From: Peptococcaceae bacterium
GTDB lineage: Bacteria; Bacillota; Peptococcia; Peptococcales; BICA1-8
Assembly: GCA_049366715.1 (NCBI GenBank)
Contig: JBMNCQ010000059.1
Coordinates: forward strand, 113,607 to 177,606
DNA: 64,000 nt
Direction of reading: 5' to 3'
The position numbers and the translations under genes were made by a program. The notes under the pieces are model-generated. The model saw only the letters and a list, made by a program, of their open reading frames with translations. It was not told where the DNA came from and searched no databases. This document shows positions 44,352-53,808 of the stretch, piece by piece. Within the stretch, counting starts at the first letter, position 1. Each line of letters opens with the position of its first letter.

Positions 44352-45866
44352 ATGCTTGAAACATTTTCCAATTTATTATACGGCTTTTCAGTGGCGATAA
44401 CTCCTATCAATATTTTGTATTGCTTGGTGGGGGTAATATCCGGAACTGTTATCGGTGCCCTGCCCGGCTTAGGTCCGTCAGCAGGATTGGCGGTACTTTT
44501 ACCCCTTACCTTCGGGGCTGATCCTGTGTCAGGCATAATCATGCTGGCAGGTATCTACTACGGTGCCATGTATGGCGGTGCGATTACTTCCATCCTGATT
44601 AATACGCCCGGTGACTCGGCTGCGGTTATGACGACCTTGGACGGTTATCCCTTAACGATAAAGGGCAAGGCAGGTCCGGCTATGGGCATGGCTGCTTTCA
44701 GTTCCTTTATCGGCGGGACATTCGGTATAATTGTTTTTACCTTTTTGGCCCCGGCGCTGGCTAAATTTGCCCTTTCCTTCGGACCTCCGGAATATTTTGC
44801 TTTAATGGTATTGGGCTTGACAACTCTGGCCGGAATGACGGGGAGCAATCCTACCAAAGGTTTTATCAGTGCCCTCATAGGCTTAATGCTGGCTGTCGTT
44901 GGTTTGGACCTGGTGACAGGATTGCCCAGGTATACCTTTGGCAGAATGGAGTTATTCAGCGGGATCGATTTTATTCCGGTAGCTATGGGTGTCTTTGGTA
45001 TCGGAGAAATACTGGTTACTGCCGAAGAAAAATTTGATATAGATGCCCTTAAAAAGGCTGATTTAAGCTTTAAAAGATTATTTCCATCCGCCCGGGACTG
45101 GGCGAGATCTAAATGGGTCATTATCAGGGGAACAGTTGCAGGATTCTTTATCGGAATGCTCCCCGGAGCAGGGGCGACAATCGCATCCTTTATCTCTTAC
45201 GGTATGGCTAAAAAATCATCTAAGCATCCGGAAGAATTCGGGCAAGGGGCCATCGAAGGTGTTGCCGCACCGGAATGTGCCAATAATGCTGCATCGGTAG
45301 GAGCTTTTGTACCTTTATTAACCCTCGGTGTACCGGGCTCCGCCAGCACAGCGATTTTAATGGGAGCTTTGATGATGTTTGGGTTACGCCCCGGCCCGCT
45401 GCTTTTTGAGAGAAATCCTGATTTTGTCTGGGGTCTTATCGGAAGTATGTATGTTGGCAATGTTATCCTAATATTAATGGTAATGGTTTTTGTACCCATT
45501 TTTGTCAGGGTATTACAGGTACCCAGGGCATCATTGAATGCTGTAGTCATGGCCTTTATTTTAATGGGTGCTTATAGTTTGAATAACAGTATGTTTGATG
45601 TCTATCTCACAATTGGTTTCGGTGTGCTGGGATATTTCATGAAAAAACTTAATTATCCTGGTGCGCCCCTGGTACTGGCTTTAGTATTAGGACAGCTTTT
45701 AGAGAATTCCCTCCGGCAATCTTTAATATTATCGGAAGGATCCGTAGGAATTTTCTTTGCCCGGCCGATTTCGGCGCTATTAATGATTGTCGCAATCGGA
45801 GCTGTATTTGTGCCAATTTTTAAAGGAATGATCAAGAAAATAAAATCGAACAGCATTTCTGCTTGA
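44352..45866 (+). CDS. tctA: Tripartite tricarboxylate transporter large permease
   Basis: 504 aa: GALPGLGPSAGLAVLLP, INTPGDSAAV, and GMLPGAGATIASF. Confidence 0.9.
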   Translation: MLETFSNLLYGFSVAITPINILYCLVGVISGTVIGALPGLGPSAGLAVLLPLTFGADPVSGIIMLAGIYYGAMYGGAITSILINTPGDSAAVMTTLDGYPLTIKGKAGPAMGMAAFSSFIGGTFGIIVFTFLAPALAKFALSFGPPEYFALMVLGLTTLAGMTGSNPTKGFISALIGLMLAVVGLDLVTGLPRYTFGRMELFSGIDFIPVAMGVFGIGEILVTAEEKFDIDALKKADLSFKRLFPSARDWARSKWVIIRGTVAGFFIGMLPGAGATIASFISYGMAKKSSKHPEEFGQGAIEGVAAPECANNAASVGAFVPLLTLGVPGSASTAILMGALMMFGLRPGPLLFERNPDFVWGLIGSMYVGNVILILMVMVFVPIFVRVLQVPRASLNAVVMAFILMGAYSLNNSMFDVYLTIGFGVLGYFMKKLNYPGAPLVLALVLGQLLENSLRQSLILSEGSVGIFFARPISALLMIVAIGAVFVPIFKGMIKKIKSNSISA

Positions 45867-45946
45867 CAATAATTTATTTAGCCATTAAATTCTGTATGAG
45901 GGTAAATTTATTAAAAAGCGATGTTTTTAATGGCTGGAGGGTAATT

Positions 45947-46666
45947 ATGTTTAAACCTGTAGTAGAAACCCATACAAGTTTATCAGATAAAATTGTTGAG
46001 CAGATTAAAGAAATGATTATTTCCCATGAACTAAAACCGGGAGATAAACTGCCTTCGGAAAATGAATTATGTGATATGTTTAATGTCAGCCGTACTTCCA
46101 TTAGAGAAGCGGTAAAAATTCTTTCCGGGCTGGGCTTCCTGAAAATAAGGCGGGGCTTAGGGATTTTTGTGGAGGAATTAGATGTGACCCATATTATCAA
46201 TCAGCTATCGCCTATTTTAATTCAACGGGAAGATGATCTCCTGGATATTGTCCGGGTGCGTAAGATTTTAGAAACACATGCCGCCGCCTGGGCTGCCGAG
46301 AATGCAAAACCTGAAGATATCAGAGAAATGGAAGCGGCGGTTGAACATTCCCAGGAACTTGTGGACAGCGGCCTGGCTAACGGTGAAAACCTGCCGGAAG
46401 CCAATCTGAATTTTCATATGGTATTAGCCAGAAGTACCGGCTCTAAAATATTGTTCAGGATCATGCAATCTCTCTGGGATATCTTATCTGAGGCGAGAAA
46501 AATCACAGTACAATTGCCGGGACGGAAGAAAAAATCTGTTTCAGGCCATAAAGAAATTTTAAAGGCCATCAAAAATAGAGATCCTCTGGCTGCTCAAAAA
46601 GCCATGCTGGAACATTTAGAGGCTATTGAGACAGTGGTATCTGATTCTGATCATAACAATAGCTAG
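45947..46666 (+). CDS. GntR-family regulator, FadR subfamily (FCD domain)
   Basis: Start moved to ATG 45947 after GGAGG. wHTH LKPGDKLPSENELCDMFNVSRTSIREAVKIL, and a helical FCD-like C-terminus with FH..L and H...I. Confidence 0.85.
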   Translation: MFKPVVETHTSLSDKIVEQIKEMIISHELKPGDKLPSENELCDMFNVSRTSIREAVKILSGLGFLKIRRGLGIFVEELDVTHIINQLSPILIQREDDLLDIVRVRKILETHAAAWAAENAKPEDIREMEAAVEHSQELVDSGLANGENLPEANLNFHMVLARSTGSKILFRIMQSLWDILSEARKITVQLPGRKKKSVSGHKEILKAIKNRDPLAAQKAMLEHLEAIETVVSDSDHNNS

Positions 46667-46681
46667 TGGAGGTAAGGAATA

Positions 46682-47557
46682 ATGAGATTAGCCACAATTA
46701 AATTGAATCAGGAAGAAGTAGCTGCTATTGTTACTGCCCGGGGAGTAGTAACTGTAGCAGCAGTCAATAAAAAATTTGCACAAAGCTGGCCGGTGGATCT
46801 GCTGGAAATTATTCGGACAGGGCAGCTGGCAAAGCTGAATGAATGGTATAAAGGCGGGGGTAAGGACCAGCTTGAGACTGTGGAATATATCCCTCAGAAT
46901 GAGATCCGTTATGCTCCCTTGTATAGACGTCCCAGGAAGATCTGGGGCATTGGTTTAAATTATGTTGATCATGCGGCAGATCTTGCCGAGAAAGCTCCCA
47001 ATACTGAGCCGGCCAGTTTTATGAAACCTGATACCAGTATTATCGGACCGGGGGATACGATTGAAATTCCTGTCCAGTCGGGAAAAACTACTGCCGAAGC
47101 TGAATTAGGTGTAATATTCGGCCAAGAGTGCAAAGATGTAAAAAAAGAAAACTGGCTCAGTGTCGTAGCGGGTTTCACTACGATTATCGACATGACGGCC
47201 GAAGATATCTTAAGGGTGAATCCCCGCTACTTAACAAGGTCCAAAAGTTTTGATACCTTCTTTAGCTTCGGACCTGAACTTGTTACTCCGGATGAGATAG
47301 AGGAAGTTTTAAAACTTCAGGTAGCTACGGTAATAAATGGAGAAGTATTTGCCCGGAATGTTGTGAGCAATATGACTTTCCCTCCCGATTATTTAGTAGC
47401 CTTTCATTCTCAAGTAATGAAAATGCTACCTGGTGACATCATTTCCACAGGAACTCCCCGTGCCGTACACATTCATGACGGGGATGTTGCGGAGTGCCGG
47501 ATTGACGGCTTCAGACCTTTAGTGAATCCGGTTAAAGATTTAAAAGCCGGTAAATAG
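46682..47557 (+). CDS. Fumarylacetoacetate hydrolase (FAH) family hydratase/decarboxylase/isomerase
   Basis: KIWGIGLNYVDHAADL, AELGVIFG, and GDIISTGTP. Confidence 0.85.
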   Translation: MRLATIKLNQEEVAAIVTARGVVTVAAVNKKFAQSWPVDLLEIIRTGQLAKLNEWYKGGGKDQLETVEYIPQNEIRYAPLYRRPRKIWGIGLNYVDHAADLAEKAPNTEPASFMKPDTSIIGPGDTIEIPVQSGKTTAEAELGVIFGQECKDVKKENWLSVVAGFTTIIDMTAEDILRVNPRYLTRSKSFDTFFSFGPELVTPDEIEEVLKLQVATVINGEVFARNVVSNMTFPPDYLVAFHSQVMKMLPGDIISTGTPRAVHIHDGDVAECRIDGFRPLVNPVKDLKAGK

Positions 47558-47585
47558 TTTATCCTCCTCATATCTTTATCGTATT

Positions 47586-47614
47586 GCCTTGGTTTTAGAA
47601 AACCAAGGCCTTTC
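47586..47614 (+). terminator. Terminator after the FAH gene
   Basis: GCCTTGGTT-TTAGAA-AACCAAGGC followed by CTTTCT. Confidence 0.65.
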
Positions 47615-47744
47615 TAAATGCTGATCAGTCAATTGAAAAGGTCAAGTTATTCGTTACTGGGTGACTGTCGGTAAGTCATGTATGTTAGTTCGCGAGATTA
47701 TGGCAACAAAATTAAGTCAATTCAGATTAAAGGAGTTATGTTAA

Positions 47745-48635
47745 ATGAAAATCGAAATCAAGGGTGTTTTTCCACCCATTACCACACCTTTTGATGATCA
47801 GGAAAAGATTGATTTTCGGGCTTTAGAAATAAATTTAAATAAATGGAACAGCACGGATTTAGCGGGATATGTTATCTTTGGTTCAAACGGAGAGTATGCT
47901 TTTTTATCAGAGACAGAAAAGCTGGATATTGTCAAGTCCTGTGTTGGTGCCGCCGGTGCAGGTAAAAAAATCATCGTTGGTTCCGGCTGTGAGTCAACAA
48001 GGGATACAATTGAGCTTACTAACAAATGTGCCGGGCTGGGGGCGGATGCGGGATTAATCATTACCCCCAATTACTACAAAGGAAGTATGAATAAAAGAGC
48101 CTTGCAGGCACATTTTACTAAAGTAGCCGATCATTCTGATATTCCTATCCTGATTTATAATGTTCCTAAATTTACGACAATTAATCTGGATGCCGGCTTG
48201 GTAGCGGAACTAGCTCAGCATCCTAATATTATCGGCATAAAAGACAGTTCTGCTAATATAACTCAGTTAAGTCAAATCATCGATATGACTCCTGAAGATT
48301 TCAATGTTTTGGTGGGAACGGCCGGTGTCCTTTTCCCTGGATTAGTGACGGGAGCTAAAGGCGGGGTTATGGCATTGGCTACCTGCTGCCCTCAGGAGTG
48401 TCTGGATATCTATGATTTATGCGGTCAGGGTAAACTGGAGGAGGCGAAAAAACTCCAGCTCCGGATGATTCCTGTCAATAATGCGGTAACAGGTACTTTG
48501 GGGATACCGGGATTAAAAGCGGCGATGGACTTGTTAGGTTTTGCCGGGGGACCCGTCAGAGGACCGTTACTTCCCCTTGTAGAAAACGAAATGGCTGAAC
48601 TTAAAAACATCCTTGCCAAAGCAGAATTAATTTAA
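47745..48635 (+). CDS. DapA/NAL-family class I (Schiff-base) aldolase or dehydratase
   Basis: GVFPPITTPF, GSNGEYAFLSETEK, IPILIYNVP, and IIGIKDSS (catalytic Lys context). Confidence 0.85.
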   Translation: MKIEIKGVFPPITTPFDDQEKIDFRALEINLNKWNSTDLAGYVIFGSNGEYAFLSETEKLDIVKSCVGAAGAGKKIIVGSGCESTRDTIELTNKCAGLGADAGLIITPNYYKGSMNKRALQAHFTKVADHSDIPILIYNVPKFTTINLDAGLVAELAQHPNIIGIKDSSANITQLSQIIDMTPEDFNVLVGTAGVLFPGLVTGAKGGVMALATCCPQECLDIYDLCGQGKLEEAKKLQLRMIPVNNAVTGTLGIPGLKAAMDLLGFAGGPVRGPLLPLVENEMAELKNILAKAELI

Positions 48636-48678
48636 AACCAACCCTGGTGTACAGTTCTTACACCAGGGTTGGTTTTTT
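48634..48678. terminator. Bidirectional terminator between the convergent dapA-like and DASS genes
   Basis: AAAACCAACCCTGGTGT-loop-ACACCAGGGTTGGTTTT is a 17-bp perfect stem. Confidence 0.85.
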
Positions 48679-50116
48679 AAGGTGCTATTCCTAACAGGGG
48701 CCAGTAAAATTTTGCCAGTACGGTAGTAACTGTGATGATAATCAGTGCGGTATAGCATCCTGCCCGCAGCATATCCTTAATGCTGTAATAACCGGTGTTA
48801 TATGATGTTAAATGGGCCAGGGACTGGGTAGGCAGAAAGACCCCCAGCACAGAAGCGCTGATCCCGATAAGTCCGAACCAGACCGGATTGATGTTTAAGG
48901 AGAAGGAAAGGGTGATAATCATCGGAAAGGTAGTGGCAACCATAGATAAGAGGTTGGGAAAACCCAAGCGGATAAAGCCCATAATGATCATGGTCAGAAT
49001 TCCCAGGGTCAAGGGATTCATACCGTGTAAGGCCGCAAATATTGTTTCGGATATCCATTGGATTGCCTGAGAAGCTGTTAAAGCATCAACGATTGCCAGA
49101 CTTGCCCCCAGGAGGAGGACAACACCCCAATCAATCCCTGCTAAGGCTTTTTTCCAGGAAATGATTTCTATTCCCGGAAGCATCAGCAGTACGGCGATGA
49201 ACATGCAGGTCTGGGAAATGGACATGTTCACTTTGTCTTCTAAAATCCAGAGGATGATCATCAGTGACATCAGAAGAAATATTTTTATTTCCTTCCGGGA
49301 CAGTCTGCCTAATTTAGCTAATTCGGCTTTAATAAACACTGTGCCCCCTGGAATATAATTAATTTCCGGAGGAAATATTTTCAGAAATAAGAGCCAGATT
49401 GCGAAATTTATGATGATTACGCTGGGCATTAAAGCCAGCATCCAGTCAATATAACTCCAGGAATAATTTGCCAGGCTTGTAAAAATTCCTGTGGCATAAA
49501 CCATTGATACCGCACCGGTCATTAAGCCGATACTGCCGATGAAGGAGCAGAATGATATGGATATGAACATGGATTTCCCTATATTACAACCCGGCTCAAG
49601 CTGCATGGCTTTGATCATCCCTAAACAGATCGGAACCATGATCGAGACCCGTCCGGCTGCCGTAGGAATTAAAAAGACAAATAAAGTTGTGGTACAGATG
49701 ACCATGAGAAGGTTAATTCTGGCATTGCCCTTGGCGAGTTTAAGCAGGTGTAAGGCGATCCTTCTGTCCAGGCCTGTTTCCTGCATCGCTGCCGAAATAA
49801 TAAAAACACCTAATAACAGCCAGGTTGATGAATTACCCAAACCTGCAACGGCCTCCTGATATGATAGTATTTTAAAGAAAGGGAAAAGCATCATCAAAAG
49901 TAAAGCCGTTAAAGCGGGGGGGATGATTTCCTTGATCCATAAAGTAACGGCAAAAATAACTAATACCAAAGACCTCCGGCCGGCTTCCGATAAGCCTGCA
50001 GGAAGGGGTAATAATAATAAAAATGCGCAAAGCAAAGCGATCACCACAAATTGTATAAATGAAGAATCTGCCTTGTTTTTTACCTTTGCGGTCTTTTCTG
50101 CTGCATTTGTTACCAA
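48677..50116 (-). CDS. DASS/SLC13-type anion (di/tricarboxylate) permease
   Basis: 479-aa polytopic protein: RRSLVLVIFAVTLWIKEIIPPALTALL, NSSTWLLLGVFIISAAMQETGLDRRIAL, and IPTAAGRVSIMVPI. Confidence 0.7.
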   Translation of the reverse strand: MVTNAAEKTAKVKNKADSSFIQFVVIALLCAFLLLLPLPAGLSEAGRRSLVLVIFAVTLWIKEIIPPALTALLLMMLFPFFKILSYQEAVAGLGNSSTWLLLGVFIISAAMQETGLDRRIALHLLKLAKGNARINLLMVICTTTLFVFLIPTAAGRVSIMVPICLGMIKAMQLEPGCNIGKSMFISISFCSFIGSIGLMTGAVSMVYATGIFTSLANYSWSYIDWMLALMPSVIIINFAIWLLFLKIFPPEINYIPGGTVFIKAELAKLGRLSRKEIKIFLLMSLMIILWILEDKVNMSISQTCMFIAVLLMLPGIEIISWKKALAGIDWGVVLLLGASLAIVDALTASQAIQWISETIFAALHGMNPLTLGILTMIIMGFIRLGFPNLLSMVATTFPMIITLSFSLNINPVWFGLIGISASVLGVFLPTQSLAHLTSYNTGYYSIKDMLRAGCYTALIIITVTTVLAKFYWPLLGIAP

Positions 50117-50187
50117 TTCAACTCACCTCAGATTATCCTTAAAACCAGGATATTTAATTGAATACTTTATATTTTACCGGACAAGAT

Positions 50188-50218
50188 AACCGGTGCGGCC
50201 GGATATAGCCGCACGGTT
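50188..50218 (-). terminator. Weak hairpin after the prpD-like gene (possible partial terminator)
   Basis: GTGCGGC-CGGATATA-GCCGCAC with flanking extension; the T-run is poor. Confidence 0.35.
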
Positions 50219-51548
50219 ATTGGCATAACGCAATAATAGTCCGGACAGGTGTTTTGCGATCCATTTCCCAGATTGCGGAAATAATGCTGTTTTGACGTTC
50301 GAAATCTAAGCCGGTTTTGGTAATCTCTCTAAATTTCTCCTCTAACTGTTCATTAGACATAGGATTTTCTTTGCTTCCTACCACATGCTCCACAAATTCT
50401 TCTATTATTGTGCCGTCAGTAAGCTCGGCCACCAAGCGAGCCTGATCCTCTTTCAGCCGAGAATCTAGCGTTGCCCGGACTTTTCGTCGCAAAGCTATGA
50501 CTTCCGGGCTGTTAACGATATGATCGGCAAACTGCTCTTCTCCGGCATTTCCAAAAATCATCCCTGCCGCCACACAGTGGTAGATACTGAATTTAGCCGC
50601 TAAGTGATTAGCCGGTTCTTGCTTGCCCGTTAATTCCAAAACTAAGGGATGGACGTCTAGCTTAATATTTTTTATCTGCCGGGGGTCAATCCGGTGAATT
50701 TTTTTCAGCCTGCTTGCTGCTTCGATTCCCGGATGGGTAACAATTCCGCAGGCGTACGGTTTATAGGTGTTTTCCAGGATGAGCCAGCTATTTTCCCAGG
50801 GCTTGGTCAGATACGCAAAATCAGGGTCTTCTGATGTAACACGGCAGAATCCCCTGGCGGCCTCCAAGGAATGAGGGGAGCTGGTAAACCCTTTTTGGGC
50901 AAGTAAGGCACTGAACAGGCCATTGCCGGCGGCTTTCCCCGGATGAAACGGCTTGGTCATCGAACCAAACATTTCCCTAAAGCCGGTAGGCTGAGTTGAA
51001 GCCAGTCCCAGGGCGTTTATTAGCTGTCCTTTGTTTAAACCCAGCATTTTTCCGACGGCACCGGCCGCACCAAGAACACCGGCTGTTCCGGTGATATGCC
51101 AGCCCTGCCGATAATGGCTGGGGCAAATGGTCAAGGCTATTCTTTGTTCCACTTCACAACCAACAACAAAGGAAGCAAGCAAATCGAAGGCAGTGAGATC
51201 ATGATACTCGGCAACTGCTAAAAGGGCGGGAAGTACCGGGGCGCTGGGATGAAGAACGGTATTCAGCAGAGTGTCGTCAAAATCAAAAATATGGGAGGAG
51301 GTTCCATTAATTAATGATGCATAATACATATTCGTTTTTAAGTTCCTGCCTAATATGGAAGCTTGGGGATTACCTCCTAATTCCTCGGCTAACCGGATAA
51401 GTATGTCGACAGAAGGGTGATTTGCTGCTCCTAAAGATACGCCCAGCCAATTTAGAAAACTTCTTCTGGCTTCGCGGAGAGCCGCTTCAGGAATTTCATC
51501 CAAGGGAAAATCAACAATATTTTCCGCCAGAATCTCAGTTACATTCAT
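50217..51548 (-). CDS. MmgE/PrpD-family dehydratase/decarboxylase/isomerase
   Basis: 443 aa: NWLGVSLGAANHPSV, FDFDDT, GWHITGTAGVLGAAGAVGKMLGL; RBS GGAGG. Confidence 0.85.
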   Translation of the reverse strand: MNVTEILAENIVDFPLDEIPEAALREARRSFLNWLGVSLGAANHPSVDILIRLAEELGGNPQASILGRNLKTNMYYASLINGTSSHIFDFDDTLLNTVLHPSAPVLPALLAVAEYHDLTAFDLLASFVVGCEVEQRIALTICPSHYRQGWHITGTAGVLGAAGAVGKMLGLNKGQLINALGLASTQPTGFREMFGSMTKPFHPGKAAGNGLFSALLAQKGFTSSPHSLEAARGFCRVTSEDPDFAYLTKPWENSWLILENTYKPYACGIVTHPGIEAASRLKKIHRIDPRQIKNIKLDVHPLVLELTGKQEPANHLAAKFSIYHCVAAGMIFGNAGEEQFADHIVNSPEVIALRRKVRATLDSRLKEDQARLVAELTDGTIIEEFVEHVVGSKENPMSNEQLEEKFREITKTGLDFERQNSIISAIWEMDRKTPVRTIIALCQ

Positions 51549-51593
51549 TTGGATATTTCCTCCATTTCTTAATTTGTTTTCACTATAACATAA

Positions 51594-51609
51594 TGCAAGT
51601 TTTATGCCA
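51594..51609 (-). promoter_or_regulatory. Sigma-54 (-24/-12) promoter driving the prpD-like/DASS genes
   Basis: The minus strand reads TGGCAT-AAAAC-TTGCA (consensus TGGCAC-N5-TTGCA), about 45 nt upstream of the prpD-like start. Confidence 0.75.
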
Positions 51610-51650
51610 TCCTTTATGATATAAATTTATGAGTGAATTAAAAAAAACTT

Positions 51651-51710
51651 ATTTTAGGAGAAAAAGTGCTATTTTAGGAGAATTTGTCGACCTAAAAAGT
51701 CTCCTAAAAG
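51651..51710. promoter_or_regulatory. Candidate enhancer (UAS) for a sigma-54 activator: three copies of TTTTAGGAGA
   Basis: ATTTTAGGAGAA at 51651-51662 and at 51671-51682 are direct copies. TCTCCTAAAAG at 51700-51710 is inverted. All lie between the two divergent sigma-54 promoters. Confidence 0.6.
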
Positions 51711-51744
51711 AGAGCAGGGTAGTGGCAAAGTTGGATTTTTGAGC

Positions 51745-51760
51745 TGGCATAGATTTTGCA
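51745..51760 (+). promoter_or_regulatory. Sigma-54 (-24/-12) promoter driving the ICDH/IPMDH-like gene
   Basis: TGGCAT-AGATT-TTGCA, about 50 nt upstream of the GTG 51809 start. Confidence 0.75.
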
Positions 51761-51808
51761 ATTATTTTTAGTATGCTTTGCCCACTATGCAGATCGGGAG
51801 GTGATGAT

Positions 51809-52891
51809 GTGAGCATTTTTAAACTTGGTATTTTGCAGGGGGATGATATTGGCCTGGAAATCGTCCCGGAAGCTGTTAAAGTTTTAAAAAAGGCCGTGGA
51901 AAAATCAAAAAATATAGCGATTGAATGGGTTGAACTGCCTATCGGATACCCTTCCTATCAGGAAAACGGCGAGACTTTACCCGCGAAAACTTTAGAAACT
52001 TTATATTGCCTTGACGGCTGGATATTAGGACCCATTGGCCATATGGCTTATCCCCAAAATGATGCTAAAGCAATTAATCCCCATCCCATTTTACGAAGAC
52101 AGTTCGATCTGGTTAGTAATATCAGGCCGACAAAATCTTATCCCGGATTACCTTGTCTGTACAAAGATGTTGATTTAGTGATCGTCAGGGAAAATAACGA
52201 GGGCTTTCAGCCTGATAGAAATATGTATCAGGGAAATGGCGAATTTATGCCCAATCCTGATTTGGCAATGTCGGTTAGAGTTATTTCCCGCAGAAATTCG
52301 GAGATGGTAGCCCGGACGGCTTTTCAACTAGCCCGGCAAAGAAACGGACTGAAAAAGGTAACGGCTGTCCATAAAAATACTGTATTTAAGCTGGGATGTG
52401 GTTTATTTATTGAGGCTTGCAGGGATGTAGCCGGGGAGTTCCCGGATATATCATTGGAGACTTTGGTGGTGGATACTTTTGCAATGCATTTAGTGATGCG
52501 GCCTCAGAATTTTGATGTCGTTGTGAGCACCAATATGTTTGGAGATATTTTGACGGATGAGGCAGCCGGTTTAGTCGGCGGTTTAGGCATGGCTCCGGGA
52601 TTATGTGTCGGACCTAAGTATGTGATGGCTCAGGCTACCCATGGTTCGGCACCGGATATCGCCGGTCAAAAGATTGCTAATCCTTATGCGATGATCGTAT
52701 CTGCCCAGATGATGCTATCCTGGTTGGGGGCAAGGAGAAATGACCAATTTGCCCTTGCTGCTGCCGCAAGCATAGAAAAAGCTTTGCAAATAGTCCTAAG
52801 TGATAAAGAGGCGGTCACCGCAGATTTGGGAGGCTGTGCCAGTACCGCGGATATGGGTGATGCAATCTGCGCGGCTTTAGACCGCATGTAA
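51809..52891 (+). CDS. Isocitrate/isopropylmalate/tartrate dehydrogenase-family oxidative decarboxylase
   Basis: Start moved to GTG 51809, 7 nt after GGGAGG. ILQGDDIGLEIVPEA, DLVIVRENNEG, and NMFGDILTDEAAGLVGGLGMAPG. Confidence 0.85.
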   Translation: MSIFKLGILQGDDIGLEIVPEAVKVLKKAVEKSKNIAIEWVELPIGYPSYQENGETLPAKTLETLYCLDGWILGPIGHMAYPQNDAKAINPHPILRRQFDLVSNIRPTKSYPGLPCLYKDVDLVIVRENNEGFQPDRNMYQGNGEFMPNPDLAMSVRVISRRNSEMVARTAFQLARQRNGLKKVTAVHKNTVFKLGCGLFIEACRDVAGEFPDISLETLVVDTFAMHLVMRPQNFDVVVSTNMFGDILTDEAAGLVGGLGMAPGLCVGPKYVMAQATHGSAPDIAGQKIANPYAMIVSAQMMLSWLGARRNDQFALAAAASIEKALQIVLSDKEAVTADLGGCASTADMGDAICAALDRM

Positions 52892-53058
52892 TTTTGCCGG
52901 CAGGCAGCTTGCCGGAGGAGGTGCTTCCGGCAGCAAAAATATTACCTATGCGTTTAGGCAGCTGGGATCAGGGAGAGGCAGCCTAATGCCCCGCACAGTT
53001 CCGGCTGCCTATGTACACTTAGAAAGGGATTTAATCATTATCGAAAGGAGAGAATCAG

Positions 53059-53793
53059 ATGACGGCAATCAATAAAGATTTATGTACCGGGTGTAAAATT
53101 TGTAATAAGTTCTGTACTGTCGATGCCATTCTTTATTCCCCGGAAGAGAGAAAGTGTTACGTTGACCCGGAAAAATGTACAGAATGCTATGTCTGTTTAA
53201 GACAAAAAGTTTGTCCCCGGGGCGCAATAGAGCCGGTTGAACTTGACGGCTTTTACAAGCAGTTCCAGCATGTGATCAGCGACCCTGTAGAAAATCACGG
53301 TGTAACGGGGGTAACCGGCCGGGGGACTGAAGAAGTCAAAACAAATGATGTATCCGGGAGAATTAAAAAAGGAGAGGTTGGAATTTGTATTGATATGGGG
53401 CGTCCCGGCATGGGTGTTTATTTGCGGGATGCTGAAAAAGTTGCGGTGGCTATTGCTCTTGCCGGGGCAGAACTGGCTCCTGCCGAACATACTCCATTAG
53501 CCGCCTTGATGCCTGATATTAAAACAGGCAAATTGGAGGAAGGATGTCTGGATTATCATTTGCTTTCGGTAATCGTGGAAGCGAAATGTCCGGAAAATAC
53601 TCTGCAGGATGTACTGGCAGCTTTACAAAAAGTCGCCCGGGAGATAGATACGGTATTTTCATTAGGACTAATTATTAGAACTGATGAAAAGGGACAAACC
53701 CAAATCTTAGACTGCCTGGATGAATTAGGAATACCTCGGCCGCACCGCGGTAAGGTAAATGTAGGCTTAGGAAAGCCTTTATCATTAGCATAG
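53059..53793 (+). CDS. Module 3, subunit A (close paralog of module 1 subunit A)
   Basis: By my manual alignment it differs from 38765-39499 at about 34 of 244 residues. The same Cys motifs and GRGTEEVKTNDVSGR are present. Confidence 0.8.
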   Translation: MTAINKDLCTGCKICNKFCTVDAILYSPEERKCYVDPEKCTECYVCLRQKVCPRGAIEPVELDGFYKQFQHVISDPVENHGVTGVTGRGTEEVKTNDVSGRIKKGEVGICIDMGRPGMGVYLRDAEKVAVAIALAGAELAPAEHTPLAALMPDIKTGKLEEGCLDYHLLSVIVEAKCPENTLQDVLAALQKVAREIDTVFSLGLIIRTDEKGQTQILDCLDELGIPRPHRGKVNVGLGKPLSLA

Positions 53794-53808
53794 AAGGGAG
53801 GAAGTAAA

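Noticed and set aside
44645-45856. Antisense ORFs inside tctA (158, 117 and 67 aa); similarly 61238-61657 in the second tctA
   Set aside because: They are shadow frames of Gly/Ala/Pro-rich permease genes.
45863-45946. Upstream extension of the GntR ORF
   Set aside because: It overlaps the tctA stop and has no RBS. ATG 45947 follows GGAGG, and the wHTH begins shortly after.
51773-51808. Upstream extension of the ICDH-like ORF (MLCPLCRSGGDD)
   Set aside because: It would begin only 13 nt after the -12 element of the sigma-54 promoter. GTG 51809 has GGGAGG 7 nt upstream, and homology starts at FKLGILQGDDIG.
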